From contig NC_092349.1 of assembly GCF_963676685.1 (NCBI RefSeq), forward strand, positions 33,728,001-33,792,000: a stretch of 64,000 bases of DNA, given 5' to 3'. Positions 1-13,482 of the stretch are shown here, piece after piece. The translations under genes were made by a program, and so were the position numbers. This DNA is from Mytilus edulis (Eukaryota). The number at the start of each line of letters is the position of its first letter. Within the stretch, counting starts at the first letter, position 1. Under the pieces are notes generated by a model. That model made no database searches. It was not told the origin of the DNA and saw only the letters and a program-made list of their open reading frames with translations.

Positions 1-45
1 TAAATAACTATTTACTTCGTCGTTTCTGTCCGTATTATCATTTAA

Positions 46-433
46 GGAAGTTTGCTGCTCAGTTTCAAAATAAATAGCTTTCCATAACACTAGTATATAT
101 TGATAGGGGATTAATTGAGGAATAAAAAAGCCAAAAAAATAGAAGTCAATGTGCTTGTTTTCGAGATATAAGCCATTGGAAATTTGGCGGGAAAATGTTC
201 TTTCTTAAATTTTCGTAGCGTTATCATTGACAAGTTAAATTTCTCAAAAACTATTGAAAAAATAAATAAGATTTTATAAGACTTTTACAAATGGCTTATA
301 ATTATAAATGTTTAAGATTTATTAAAAGAAAAATTTGGGTCCATGGGCAAAATTTTTTAAGACATTCAAATGGATAAAACCAGAGGATTTCGAAAATCTG
401 ACAAAATTTCCAAAACATGACAAGCAAACATCC
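46..433. mobile_element. TTAA-flanked MITE (Kolobok-like)
   Basis: TTAA at 42-45 and 434-437. Imperfect TIR GGAAGTTTGCT / AGCAAACATCC. A related copy in reverse orientation lies at 44509-44791. Confidence 0.6.
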
Positions 434-789
434 TTAAAATAGAAAGTTTCCCACGAAAATGGTATCATTCAATTTTATCATGATCATATATTTAAGAAAG
501 TTCACAACATTTTTTTTTTCAAGAACAGACTTTCAAATATGCGGTCAGCAAATGGTCAGATAACGCATAAAAACCGCATAAAAACTTCGTTGTTAAAAAA
601 AGTATAACACATTTAACAAATAATTATGTTTTGCAGTCAAACGACAGAACGTACACTTCATGAGGTACAAGATAGTTACACAAGTAAACCGATAACAAGA
701 GAAAAAGGTACATTTAACAAACCGACAAGTAGTTGTAGATTCGATAGTTGGATTACCCTGTTTTTTTTATTGTAACAAAATATTAGTCT

Positions 790-1285
790 AAGATGCATGA
801 TTTTTTTATTAGTTGTTAGGAGCTTTGAACTAGTTGTCATGTATCTGCAAATACTTTCAGATCATTACTTGGTGTCTTTTGGTGGTTGGGATACACAAGT
901 ACTCAGTCACGTTCACTCTGCGTTTTTGTTATATTAGATGTATTTCTATTTGTATCCATCTGATCATAATAAGCTAAGCCTTTTTCAACTGATTTTTGTA
1001 CTGTTACACCCCTGTCCCAGATTGAGGGAGATTTGAGTCCCGCTTACATGTTTAACACCGCCACATTATGTATGTATGTGCCTGTCCCAAGTCAAGAGCC
1101 TGTAAATCATTTTTTGGTGGTTACATATTAGTTTTTTTTTTAATTTTTTGTACATCAACTAGGCCGTTATGTTTTTTCGTTTGAATTGTTTTACATTTGT
1201 CATTTCGGGGCCTTTAATAGATGATTATGCGGTATGGGCTTTGTTCATTATTGATGGCCGTACGGTAACCTATAATTGTTATCAT
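790..1285 (+). repeat. Penelope-type 3' tail repeat, inverted copy of 5140-5680
   Basis: Reverse complement matches 5140-5680 (e.g. CCTGTCCCAAGTCA, ATGTTTAACACCGCCACATTATG). Confidence 0.7.
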
Positions 1286-2024
1286 TATTTCGATTTTAGT
1301 TATTCGGAAAGGAAGGATTGACAAATGAACAAATTTTCTTTTTTAATATGAAAATATAAAGTACTTTCAATTGTACCAAATAGTATTTACTACTTAAGAA
1401 ACTATGAAACAATGTCTTACATTATTTAAAAACTTGTTTATATCTCAAATGTTGCATTCTTTCAACTATTTTGCATTTTATTTCTTTATTCACTAGACAT
1501 TATTTTCTTTTTACTAATATACATGTATACATATGTTTTTTATCAAATAAAATAGTTTTTAGTCTTTGTGTCAACCAAATACATAAAGAAAGATAAAAAA
1601 CGTACAAATAAACAATGTTCTTTAAGTTTTTCTTTCATTAAGTTAAAAACTGCCTTATACATGATATGGATTTGTACATTACACTATTTCAATATTTGTG
1701 TTTGATGGGTATGTTTTATATTTAGTTTATTAAAATCATAAATGTTTATATTTTTTATTTGTGTGCTCGCTACTCTTATTATTCATCCATCGGAATGTAA
1801 ATTGCGTTTTACAACAACGTGAAAGCGAAACCTTTTTGTTTTCAATTTTACTTCTTCTAGTTATTGATGGATTCAAAGAGGATTTGCGTCAATTTAACTC
1901 GCTCATCAACTACCATCGATAAATAATGTGTACTATATATCTTTCAAAATGAAATTGCTGTTGAAGCAAATAACTTTTTTTCTAAATAATTTCGTATAAT
2001 ATTAATTTAGATATAGAAAAAAGT

Positions 2025-2320
2025 CCACTTTTTGTGCTGACATGAATTATCATTGATATGGTTATATTTATAAATTAACTGTTTATAAAATTTTGAATTG
2101 TTTTAAATATTAAGGCTTTTCTACCTCAAGAATAGATTACCTCAGCTGCATATGGCAAAACTTTTAGGAATTTTGGTCCTCAATGCTCTTCAACATCGTA
2201 CTTTATTTGGCCTTTTTAATTTTTTTTGGATTCGAGAGTCACTGATGAGTCTTTTGTAGACGAAACGCGCGTCTGGCGTATATACAAAATTTAGTCCTGG
2301 TATCTATTATAAGTTTATTT
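2025..2320 (+). repeat. Partial retrozyme-like unit
   Basis: Similar to the 32673-33285 unit (AGATTACCT, TTTTGG.TCCTCAATGCTCTTCAAC, hammerhead, CCTGGTA). Confidence 0.75.
2234..2281 (+). ncRNA. Minimal type I hammerhead ribozyme
   Basis: GTCA-CTGATGA-GTCT(TTTGT)AGAC-GAAA-CGCGCG-TC-TGGC: intact core, helix II and palindromic helix III. Confidence 0.8.
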
Positions 2321-3589
2321 ATCCATATGAAGGTACATGTACAGATAGTTTTTTTTATCGCTGCAAAAATTCGTAGTTAAATACTTTTTTAAAAATCTTT
2401 TGTTTGAAGTCCTTTATATGTAAAAAAAACCATTCGAGATATAAAGCAGTCTTTCGTGTTGAAGTGGTATTTTTAATCCTGTTTAATGGATGCAATTGAC
2501 GATTTTAAAGGTGTAATAATTTCTACCTAATTGACCCTTATGGCTAATATTTCACTTCACAAGACCAATAGACAATGATAGATGTGGTCCAAGAGTACAA
2601 AAAACTGTAATTAAAACATTATAAATGACGACCGACCAATATCGATCTATAAACGAAAGAAGGATTCGAAGTTTGATATCAAGTTCACATTTTTTAGTTC
2701 GACATTCTTAATAATGATTTTTACATTCAATAGCATTATTGTTTGATGCCGTGTCTCCTGGAGCAACACCATATTTCTCTCAAATGAAAAACTAAGTATC
2801 GGGCGTCTACAACGTATAAAATTACCATGTGCTAATGATATATTGACGTGTTTGGTTGCGCTTGTCGTCATTTATTTAATACCTGTACTGTCTTATGATC
2901 TGTAATTACACCGATCGTAACCTTATCCCGATTCATAAATTTTCAAGACATTCGCATAGCTGGTGATGCATGCATATCAGTAGTCGCTTATTCTGTAGAA
3001 ACATCCGGTCTCACTCATTTTGGAGTTCCTTAAGTTTTTATTTGTAATCTTATGTAGTATCGTATTGGTCTGTGTACAAGATTTAAGAATCGGTAAACCA
3101 TGTCCATTAATGTTGTATATGGTTAAATAGACTATATTTGTATAAAACCAATGAGCTTTAGCTGGAAGTTTAAATTAAACTTCATTAAGTGTGAAGGTCT
3201 CTAAATATATTTCAGCTATATCTATGTTGAATACCCGAACTGTTGGAGAAAGAAGATTTCTTCAGAAAGCACTTGATTGAAACAAAACATGATCAGATAA
3301 AAATTGACTTGACCCTCAGTTGCAGATAATTTGCCATATATATGGATAACAGAAAATCAGCCATTGATTATGAACAAGACAAAATTTAACGGATAAAGAT
3401 TCGTAAAATTCTTCCATAGATTAGTGATGGCACGACGTAAAATTTACCATATATTAGAAATCTGCTATATATTTTGAACCCACCATTTATGTGATTCCTT
3501 CTTTTATGTTCTTAATTCCAGTAATAGAAAATCTAAAAATACGTGAATAAACAAATGTATTTTTGTTTCTGATTATCCATTTTTTAACA

Positions 3590-3596
3590 ATGAAAG
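3590..3596 (+). CDS. Candidate first coding exon of an unknown host gene (ATG AAA G)
   Basis: ACAATGAAAG|gtaac donor. Joins in frame to 3891-3941 to give MKEILIKIALFILTAIFIFG. Confidence 0.4.
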
Positions 3597-3621
3597 GTAA
3601 CGATTTAAATGTTGTCTTCTA

Positions 3622-3803
3622 CTGTGGATCTTTATTATTCGTTGGATACCAATTCTCGTGGGTTTCGTGGGTAGAGATGAACCACACTTTCAAATGTTGA
3701 TGGAATAACATATTTTCAATAGGCTTTGTATACAGATATTGGCAAAACCATGAAATCAAATATCAACGAAAATGATACCCATAAAAAATAAATAAATCCA
3801 CAG
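3622..3803. mobile_element. TA-flanked MITE (Tc1/mariner-pogo type)
   Basis: TA|CTGTGGAT ... ATCCACAG|TA termini. A related copy lies at 37923-38111. Confidence 0.7.
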
Positions 3804-3890
3804 TACTTTTATATCTTAAAACCTATGTTTGGAAATACACGTATTGTACATACAATGTAATCATTATTATTTATTTCTATTTCTAAACAG

Positions 3891-3941
3891 AGATACTGAT
3901 AAAAATAGCTTTGTTTATTTTAACTGCAATTTTTATATTTG
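3891..3941 (+). CDS. Candidate exon encoding a signal-peptide-like hydrophobic segment
   Basis: Acceptor tttctatttctaaacag|, donor |gtaagt. 51 bp, phase 1-1, reads ILIKIALFILTAIFIF. Confidence 0.55.
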
Positions 3942-4096
3942 GTAAGTACATGTTACTGTTAAACATGTTAAATGAAGAATTTGTAAATGTACTTTATACA
4001 TGAACGAATGTTCGCCGAAATAAACACTCCTTTTTGGGAAATGTGATTTCTTTGCTTAAAACTATCTTTTCAAATAACATGAATAAAGATTATTAA

Positions 4097-4336
4097 GGTA
4101 ATACCTAACACTACAAGGAGATATAGTATAGTTAAGTAAATAGTAAGCTTCCCAATGATCAAAATAACTGTTTGTCAAACTGCTTAAAACTTTTGAAATT
4201 TTTCTGATGAAATGGTTGGTTCAAATTTTCTTAAAAATTATATTTTTGTCCAAGGGTCTAAGTAAATATTTTGTAAAAAAAAGATGGCAAAATTCAACGA
4301 GCCAAATTAGTTTTAGTCAAGGAGTTGGGAACTACC
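4097..4336. mobile_element. TTAA-flanked MITE (Kolobok-like)
   Basis: TTAA|GGTAATACCTAAC ... GTTGGGAACTACC|TTAA. Confidence 0.6.
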
Positions 4337-4455
4337 TTAAGTTCTCATACAAAATATAGTTATGATAATTGCAGAATAGACGTATGATCCAGATCATATA
4401 GTTTTAATTTGTTACATGTTTTTTTTAATTATTATCCGTATTTTGTCTTCCTCAG

Positions 4456-4470
4456 GCAAATACAAATGTT
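4456..4470 (+). CDS. Candidate 15-bp microexon (GKYKC)
   Basis: ttttgtcttcctcag| and |gtaaga. Phase 1-1, open in frame with the previous exon. Confidence 0.4.
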
Positions 4471-5134
4471 GTAAGATTAAACATATTTCATTCTTACTAC
4501 ACAACATTTTGTTAATATCTTATTTCAATAGTGAGTATAAATGATTTCGCACAGCCTTATATTTGCAAACATCCTCTTTCGTACCAATGTTATTAATACC
4601 AATATGTCATAACTATTATCCGAATCAATGTGGTAATTGGTAATTTCCATTGAAAAACATTTCTAATTCATTGAGTCTTGACTCTAAGCAGTAATACTAA
4701 CGGTAAAGATAATTTTATGCTATTGTGAGCACAATCTATCGTCTAATTTTGAGGTTATCACAATTATGTGTATCTTAATCCTACAGCTCGAATGGTTGGA
4801 CGACGTTATCACCAATGTTAGCTCAGTAATCACTGATTTGATATTGAAATTACATTTAACATATTTTTAATTATATCTCTCAGACATACATACAGATTTT
4901 AATACGACATTACGGTTCCAACTGCTTCAGGTCATGTTAACCTTTTGATATTCTTTTTTATGTCTCTTTCTGTCATATAGCTCTCAAAGGTCCATGTATT
5001 CATAAATCAATGACTTTCAAATGTTTGGGTTTGAGCTTTCCTACTTACTGTTGTCACAGAAAAGCACTTTAAACGTGCAGTCATTTTAAAGTGTTACTTT
5101 CATTTCGTGGTTAATACATAATCAATAATGGAAA

Positions 5135-6685
5135 ATAAAAAAGAAGATGTGGTATGATTACCAATGAGACAACTATCCACAAAAGACCAAAATGACACAG
5201 ACATTAACAACTATAGGTCACCGTACGGTCTTCAACAATGAGCAAAGCCCATCCCGCATAATCAGCTGTAAAAGGTCCCGATAAGACAATGTTAAACAAC
5301 TTGAACGAGAAAACTAATGGCCTTAATTATGTAAAAAAAAAAATGAACGAAAAACAGACGACAACCACTGAATTACAGGCTTCTGACTTGGGACAGGCAC
5401 ATACATAATGTGGCGGGGTTTAACATGTTAGCGGGATCCCAACCTCCCCTAGCCTTCGACAGTGGTATAAAAGTACAACATAAGAACGAACTATACAAAT
5501 CAGTTGAAAGAGGCTTAACTTGTCAGATGGACAAAAATTCAAGTGGACGTGGCCCGGTACTTATACATCCCCACACAAAAAGACAAAATAAACAGATCTG
5601 AGAGTACTCGCAGTTATCTGATAGCTAGTTCAAAGCCACTAACAACTAATAAGAAAATCATGCAACTAAGACTAAACTATCAATCCGTACACATCCAACA
5701 TCCAATGGATTTAGTGTAAAGACGTCATAAACAGCCAGAGAAAAACATGACCTTGTGCAATGCCAAGTTACAGGTATCGACAGATTGTAGATCCATGAAT
5801 ATGTATATGCATATAACATACTAGTAATATTTAGTTAGGTTTTACTGATAACAAAATCAATATTTATACCAATAAAAACAATATTCAATGATCTTATTAC
5901 AGTGTTGAATAGGTAACCTTTTAGAATAAGTTTATTCAAAGGAGCGACAAGTTTACATGGATCATTTCTAAATTTTCGGGCACGGTTAACAACATTTCCG
6001 TCAAAATGAGGATGTGCTAATCCGTTTGAAATAAGTTTTCTACAGGTACAATCAAACTTCAAAATCTTTATATCTATGGAAAAATTAAGTAAAAGGTTTT
6101 AAGTAATTTATGGTGACGATATCCTTGGTTTAATAATTTACCAGTAATACGTTCGTTAAAATCAAACACGTCACAACAGACACGGGCATAGCGAACGAGT
6201 TGTGAAATATAAACACCAAAGGAACATCGCCATCTAAAAATGGAAAATTAACCATAAATCGTCTCTTTTGTCGCAAATTTTAGTGTGGAGTTTCCCGTTT
6301 AAAACCGAAATATCTAAATCTAGGAAAGGACAGTTATTACCGAATAAATTTGATTTATTTTAAGTAAGTTCCTTGGGGTAAATTTCCGCAGTATATTGAG
6401 AAAATCTTTATTATTTAACGAAAAAATATCATCAAGATAACGGTAATTGAATTTATCAATTAAATGCAATTTCGACGGGTCTTTACTGAGTTTAGTCATG
6501 AACTGTGATTCGTAACAGTACAAAAACATGTCTGCTATTAAAGGGGCACAATTAGTGCCCATGGGGATACCTACAACCTGTCGATAAACTTTGTTGCCGA
6601 AACGTACATAAATAGTATCAAGGAGAAAATAAACAGCTTCAATCATCTCATCACACCTCCAGTAAAGTTGTTTTTCCTTCATCAT
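5135..6685 (-). mobile_element. 5'-truncated, frameshifted Penelope-like retroelement (RT C-terminal half plus 3' tail); probably Naiad/Chlamys or Hydra type
   Basis: RT motifs RQVVGIPMGTNCAPLIADMFL and YRYLDDIF (6320-6685), then broken DKRDD and GVYISQLVRYARVC segments. The ORF ends at 5835 with no C-terminal GIY-YIG. The 3' tail (5135-5700) is repeated elsewhere in the window. Confidence 0.75.
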
Positions 6686-9600
6686 ATATTTTTACAATAA
6701 TCTCTTCTCTTTCCTATGTAAAAAAAGGTCAATTGGAATATTAATAGCCGTGTGGAATTTAAACGTGTTCGAATGACTGACTTAAACTTTCAGCGTTTTC
6801 TTTCGGAAATTTGGTAAACGTTGGACACGTTAATCAATTAACCTATTTCAAGGATTTATTTTAAATGCGTTTTATTAATTAATTGTTTTATTTTACATTT
6901 CATATTTCAGTTTTCATTATTTGGTTCCTTGTGCATGGCAAACCACAAAAGATTGAAAAATTGTTAAACAGAGGTATTTGTTTTGTTTTTTTAAACAAAT
7001 TGTCAATTATCATGATTATAACATCTTTTTTTTTAAATTTTTTCTGAATATGTTTAGCTTCAAGATTATTACTACTAACCAGGATAAACCAAACTCAATT
7101 GGGAATTAATATAATTTCATCATCAATCTTCAGAAGACTTATGAGTTTCGCAGCGCGTTTCCTACATTAAAGACAAAGACGTAATTATCTATGTACTCAA
7201 ACTCCATAAAACTTTGAATTTGTATGTTGATCACACTATTTCAGCTTTTAATATCCATAATTTACCTGAAAATCTAATATATTCCCTCGAACTGTCACAA
7301 GAAATAGTCCCGAAAAATAACAGGCCCGTTTTATGTTTCTTTGAAATTTACACCAAATTGAAGGGCTAGATTATTTTTCCCTTTTTTGAATAACTAAAGT
7401 ACATCAGTACCATTATCAACAAGTTAAATGTCTGTTGAAAGTAGACCTCGTGACAAAAAATATATTCTCACATCGTTAACTTTAAATGTTTGCTAAGCAA
7501 GTGATTGTTTATCAAGCCCTAATAGTTCTCCAAAAATAAAAATAAAACTTAAACGCATGCGTTTACCATCATAACTTTATATATACAAGCAAGATGCTGT
7601 ATCATGAGTCCCGAATGGATTAGTCCAGCGGATATCAGAATAATTGATCACTTTATGGTAAAAGCATGAAACTTGGCATAGTGAAAAATTAAAGGGTATA
7701 GACAAAATTAAGATAAGGAGCCACGACAAAAAAATCCAATATGGCCGCCAAATTCAAGAGCGCCGACATAAGTATAACATCATTCACTTGATGAAGTCTT
7801 CCAATTCTAATGTGTTTCGTTCGAAGATGTCAGAAACTTAAGGAAATACAATTAAGATATGTGATTTATTATTTTTTAAACCTTATAGTACAGAAATCAT
7901 CAAAATGGCGTCCAAATTCAAAATGGCGCGTTAAAATGTCTAAGTTTAACAGTATTTGAATGTATACACCATCATTGTGTGATAGAAAGTTACCAAAGCC
8001 GTGTAACTGATCATTTGATATCGACAAAGGCCGTCAATGTACCATTAATACCTGGGTACATAGATAATATTTTCAAAATGTCGGCAATATTCAAAATGGC
8101 GCCGTTTAACATGTCAAATTTTTTTTAATATGGTATTAAATGATGAAAACTTATGGATCCAAATGAAGGAAAATCAAAATAACGCACAGTCTCAATCAGT
8201 TTCTCTTTCACAGTCAGGTGAGCAGTTGCATAATGCTGTGCATTTTAATGCTGCTTTCGAGCATTTACATGCTCTTCGACATCCTTTCTTCCAGCCACAG
8301 TGGATGAGCTCTAGGCATGACATTGAAGCTTCAGCAAGCATAGACCAGAATGGTACCCAAGTACCATCAAGTTTTTGCCAACCAAATAAATCTGGTGATG
8401 GCATATACTTGGATTTGCAACTAAACCATTTTCCCAAATAACACTACCTTGGTAAACTGCACGTTTCGTATGTTGAAGAAGTGCATCTTTTATTGGAGGA
8501 ATATTGTCAATTGTTCTTGTCTTCTGTGTGAATAACATTTTTCTTAACTCATTCACCGTATTAGCTGTACTAGACCGATCATACAAAAGAACAACATACC
8601 GTTCCATTACTTTCAACAATTTCCACTTCATTGGGATTCTCAATAACCTGCAGAAATGCTTCTGACAACTCCTCATATACGGACCATGTGTCCCAAGATA
8701 ATTTCTTACCTTTCCCAGAAAAAACTGAGACTGTCACAACCGAAAAAGGCATAGAAAAGTGGAAAGACTTTCGATTTCAATGGTCCTATATATATAGCTA
8801 GAGCAAGGCACAATCCATGAACTGAAATATATCGAAAGTTCTTTTCAGTGCCAAAACCTATTCACAGCTGTTCAGTTTGCAGTCTGTTGAAACAAGAGAC
8901 AGACAAGACAACAACATCTGTGTCAACTGTTTTGATCAGTATTCTGCTGTGGCCTTTCTGGGAAGCATCTAAGGAATGCAACAACATTCTAGTATCAGCT
9001 TCCACGTGTGAACATGGGCTTAACAATTCATAGCTGTGTTCTGCAGTATTTCCAAGGGCGTTGTTCTTGTCAGTTACTACGATCTCATTGTCGATACCAG
9101 AACTGGTTATTTTATCAGCGATAAAATGAAAAAACTCAATTTTATTTTCGTCTAGGCGCACGAATTCCTGCAAATTTCCTGGTACATTCGTTTTCACCTT
9201 TCTCACGTTTTCCTCGAGTAGACGCTTTTAAGCTATTGTCATTGTAGGTGTCAAATACAATGTCAATGCTTTGTACATCTTTTCAAATATTCTGAATATA
9301 CGGTATAAACACTTTTTAAGTGTACTCATTAAATGATTTGATATTAACAGGCTTGAGCATATAAACAACTGCAGTTCCATCAAGAATAATAGAAGACACT
9401 ACAGGTTTAACATATTTTGGAGGGGATAACCTCTCCAGACACTTCGACAGAATGTCAGCTTTTGTTCCTAGACGTATAGTACCATTTTGACTAAGCGATG
9501 GAGGGAAAGCATGATTCTCATGTCTGAAGAAGTCGTCAAGGTTTCCATCTCTTGATTGACAAGCAATATACAATCTTGAAAATAAAGAACAATTACTTTT

Positions 9601-9941
9601 CAAAGCCATTAGCTTGTGATCTGTCGCAGACGTTTTCTTTGCAGGAGGTGGTGTTTGAAAAATAGGTAACTTATTCCTCTTTATTTTATAAAAGACAGAC
9701 GTTGTTCTATCAACAAGGTGTTCTTTCATATACTTTTCAAACTGTTCTTGTTCCAATGATTCTATTGTGTTAAAGGTTTTAACAACTGATATGTCAACAA
9801 TGTTCTTCGAATCTAAAACTAGCAAATCCTTACTTGTCTCTAAAAACGGATTTCCAAGATCATCAATTACATCATACAAAGACACAATGTCATTTCGAAA
9901 AGATTCTTGAAAGGATATTGTTTGTTCATGGTGAAGTTTAT

Positions 9942-10295
9942 ATAGTTAGTTTCTGTGTGTGTTACATTTTAATGTTGTGTTTCCGTTGTGTCGTTTGTTT
10001 TCTCTTATTTTTGAATGTGAATTCACATTACTATAAGACGTGTCATGGTACTTATCTATCATTTCATGTATTTGGTTTTGATGTTATATTTGTTATTCTC
10101 ATGAGATTTTAATAAATGCTTAGTCCGTTCCTGTGTGTGTGTGTGTGTGTTACATTTTAATGTTGTGCCGTTGTTCTTCTCTTATATTTAATGCGTTTCC
10201 CTCAGTTTTATATTTAGTTTGTTACCCCGATTTTGTTTTTTGTCCATGGATTTATGAGTTTTTAACAGCGGTATACTACTGTTGCCTTTATTTAT
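9942..10295 (+). repeat. Truncated repeat insertion (same family as 33451-34363, opposite orientation) interrupting the Academ ORF
   Basis: Reverse complement of 33451-33790. TTTAT duplicated at 9937-9941 and 10291-10295. Removing it restores ...NETNKLHHEQ. Confidence 0.8.
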
Positions 10296-12199
10296 TAGTT
10301 TCGTTAGTGTTCACAAAGCATTCAGTGATATTTTCAAATTCTCTTACCAACCTAGCCATTTCAGGCCCAGCAACCATCCATCTACGAAGCGCTCCTGGAT
10401 TTTCAGTCAATCCAACAGCACCACCATCTGCTTTAACACACGCATTATTTTGTTCGTGAGTTTGATCAATAGTTATACAGGAAAAATTCTTCTCGGTCTT
10501 CTTGACAACAAAGTTGCCGGCAAGGAATGCTTTTGGTTTCTGAATTCGTTTTTGGTAACTGAAGCATATCACGCAGATGAATTGGCAGCGATCGTAAATG
10601 GTTATTGTGATCATCCAAGGCAAAGAACCAAGGAATGGTCTTTGAGAGAGCTTCAATATACACATTTATAATAAAAAGTTAGCCTCACGTATAGACCTTA
10701 TAAATATTAATACTGTCAATTCAAATCGGAGAGGTATATACCAAAATTTAAAATGAGGAGATTCTTTAGATCGTCCCAAACATCATTCTTCAAATTTTAA
10801 GATAACCTCATCATCCCTCAAAACATGTGTGTATTGTCATCAAGCGTTTGACAAAAGACGGTAAAGTGCACATGCTGTAACTTGGTGTACTCTACGTGTT
10901 TTTTTGTAACATGAGAAAAGCCTTTAGGAATGAATCAGCTGTACCTGGTGATGTAACCTGTGCATTTATTAACACACTAGTCCATCCACTATCTTCAATC
11001 AACTACCAAGTGCTTTGAACGCATCCATTTCTATGTGCAGGCCACCGAACATCATTACAGTTTCACTGTATTAGTTTTGCTACTGTGAAAAGGGGTTGGT
11101 CAAAAGCAACAACTGGAGTTTGGCCTGGATGTAGCTTTCTTACAGCGCTACGAATAATGTTCAATGAGTGTCGTATCATTTCATTTTGCTTGCTCAAGAA
11201 ACAGAGGTAGAAGGGCAGACACTGCTGGTAATTTATTCCCATCTGACAGTACTGCAGCATGATAGGCGGACCATGAATATTTGTACCCACTTCTGCCCTA
11301 ACTCTTAAATTGTCTGCAACATGTTTCAGCCATTTGAATTCCCCTTTTAATGCAACTGGGAATGAGGACATATCAATTGAAAGTTCTCCTTCAACTATTG
11401 GAATATCTGGTTCGTTGACTCTTAGTACAGCTGGTGGTAGATTTGAATAACTCACTGGTAAAAGAGAAACTATATCAACATAGTTTCAGATTGGTCAAAT
11501 GCTTGAACAACGCCTTGAACATCCTCTGAAATATGTTGGAATAAAGATATACCTGAACCATGGAATGAATCTTTTGACGATATACTGCTTGGATTGTGAT
11601 CAATGTTGTCTACAGCAGATGAAGTGAATACATTTTACAAGATTGGTAGGGCAAACAATTCCGTCTTAAACTTAACGACGACAAGCATCATTGACCATTG
11701 AAGTAGAAATTTCTAACACTCGGTCGTAGGAGACATAGAGTCCGAGTTTGAAGAAAGTATCTACTAGATCACGTTTTCTAGTCTTACAGTGGATCATGAC
11801 TCCAACTGGAGGTTCATGATCTTTCATGTGACGGTTGGATAGTTTCTTTGTACAACTATACATCAGAAGCTGTGCTATTGTTAATGTCGACTGAAAATAG
11901 GAACGGTCCTGAATGTTGAGTCCAAACTGAATCATACTGATTAAAGAAAGCAATGACTAGGGTACAGACGCTTCCTGACATCCCTTTGGGAAGGTTCCTT
12001 TGAATTCTGAATTTGATGCGAAAAATATGTTTACGAACAAACGTAGCTGCTTTTGATATGTTGACAAACTCATTATCAAAGTCTTCTTAGCAGACTCTCT
12101 TCAATGCAGGACCAATGCCATCTTTGAAAGCAAGAATGTGTTCACGGCCTTGTTTGTAAGCTTCTAAGTCAGGGAAATGATATACAATTCTGACTTTAA

Positions 12200-12775
12200 G
12201 GTAGCACAATACAAAGATTTTTCATCCCCAATCAGACATCTTTAAACTGATGTAATTCCACTCATCCTTCTTTAAATTTAAAAAATGAGGAACCAAAAGA
12301 AAGAAGAATGATTAATCTTTTTAATTGTGATAATTTCATTATGACATAATTATTACATAATTAATTGTTATGTAATAAGTTGCTATCTTGTGATGTCCAT
12401 ACTTGAATGAATTTAGCTTCTTTGTTATGCATAGAATCCCGAAATATTTATAGATTCTTGCACAGCACAGTTTGACCTCCAAAACTGTGTCTCAGATTTT
12501 TCCTATTGTATTTCATTCTCTCATAAATCTTCAATGAAGTTTGCAACACCAATTCATAAGAGATCACTAAATTCAATGTGGTATAAAATTTGTTCTACTG
12601 ATGTTTTTGGAAATCTGAGACACAGTTTTGGAGGTCAAGCTGTGTTGTACAAGAATCTATAAAATATTTTGGGATGCTATAAATAACAAAGAAGCTAAAT
12701 TCATTCAAGTATGGACATCACAATATAGCAACTAATTACATAACAATTGATTATGTAATAATTATGTCATGAACT
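12200..12775. mobile_element. Foldback/MITE insertion in the Academ ORF with ~160-bp inverted arms
   Basis: 12341-12500 is the near reverse complement of 12612-12770. The left boundary begins TTAA|GGTAGCAC. Confidence 0.7.
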
Positions 12776-13482
12776 ATTAACTCGAGATGAAACATTTGCA
12801 CCTAGACACGTTATTCTTTCCGTATAAAGTTTACATAGATCTGAAAATTTGTAAACACTATAATTATGATCTCACCGCACGACCTTGTTTCATTCATATA
12901 AGAGACTAGTTCTGAAAATGCAAGCCATGGATTTGCCTTTCTTTCTTAGATTCGATACTATCATTTTTCATTTCAATTCGAGATGCACGATTATATAAGG
13001 AAACTAAACATTTAAATCACCAGCACTTAACTTTGCAAGCAATATTGTGTCATTTAATTTTACTGCACATTCTCTTACACATGTATCTTGTCTAAACTTG
13101 GAGGACTCGTGAAGGCCTTCTTGGCCATTTTCATTAAAGAAAAAGTACACAGACGGGTTACTGTTGGACTGAACGGAAAAGCTATGATAATGTCTAGTTT
13201 TCTTTTTAGGTGTGGTGGCTTCATCTATTCTCTCATGTGATGTTCGTTTTTCTGCTCTATTCAACTTTGTCTTGTTCAGTTTTAAGTTGCAAGATTTGTG
13301 CCAACAGGCCTTGTGATCAAGGAAAGACTGTGCTATTCCAGATACCTCATCTAATTTTTCAATACACACATTAATGCCTTCGGGCATCAATCGTAATGCA
13401 TGAAACTTCTTAATAATCTCAGCTAAAGATTGATAACCAGCCCCAACATTGAGACGTTTAGAATCAAATGGGCAGATCAGTT

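Larger units (their letters stand above)
8192..13482 (-). pseudogene. Academ-type transposase/XPG-like nuclease/Cys-rich protein, fragmented (main part)
   Basis: Collinear - strand fragments: KACWHKSC, DNIDHNPSS, PVVAFDQPL, FGGLHIEM, IDQTHEQNN, FFRHEN, HVEADTRMLLH..TVDTDVVVL, KRAVYQG, PSPDLFGW, and a terminal CG.KKGC..ACKC.KA.LKCTALCNC. Many frameshifts and stops. Confidence 0.8.

Noticed and set aside
7134-7180. Possible exon (cttcag|...|gtaatt)
   Set aside because: Gives a stop in the phase required by neighbouring candidate exons.
7617-7620. Target site duplication for the Academ-like element
   Set aside because: Left GAT versus right GAA is only a 2/3 match, so it is not claimed as a TSD.
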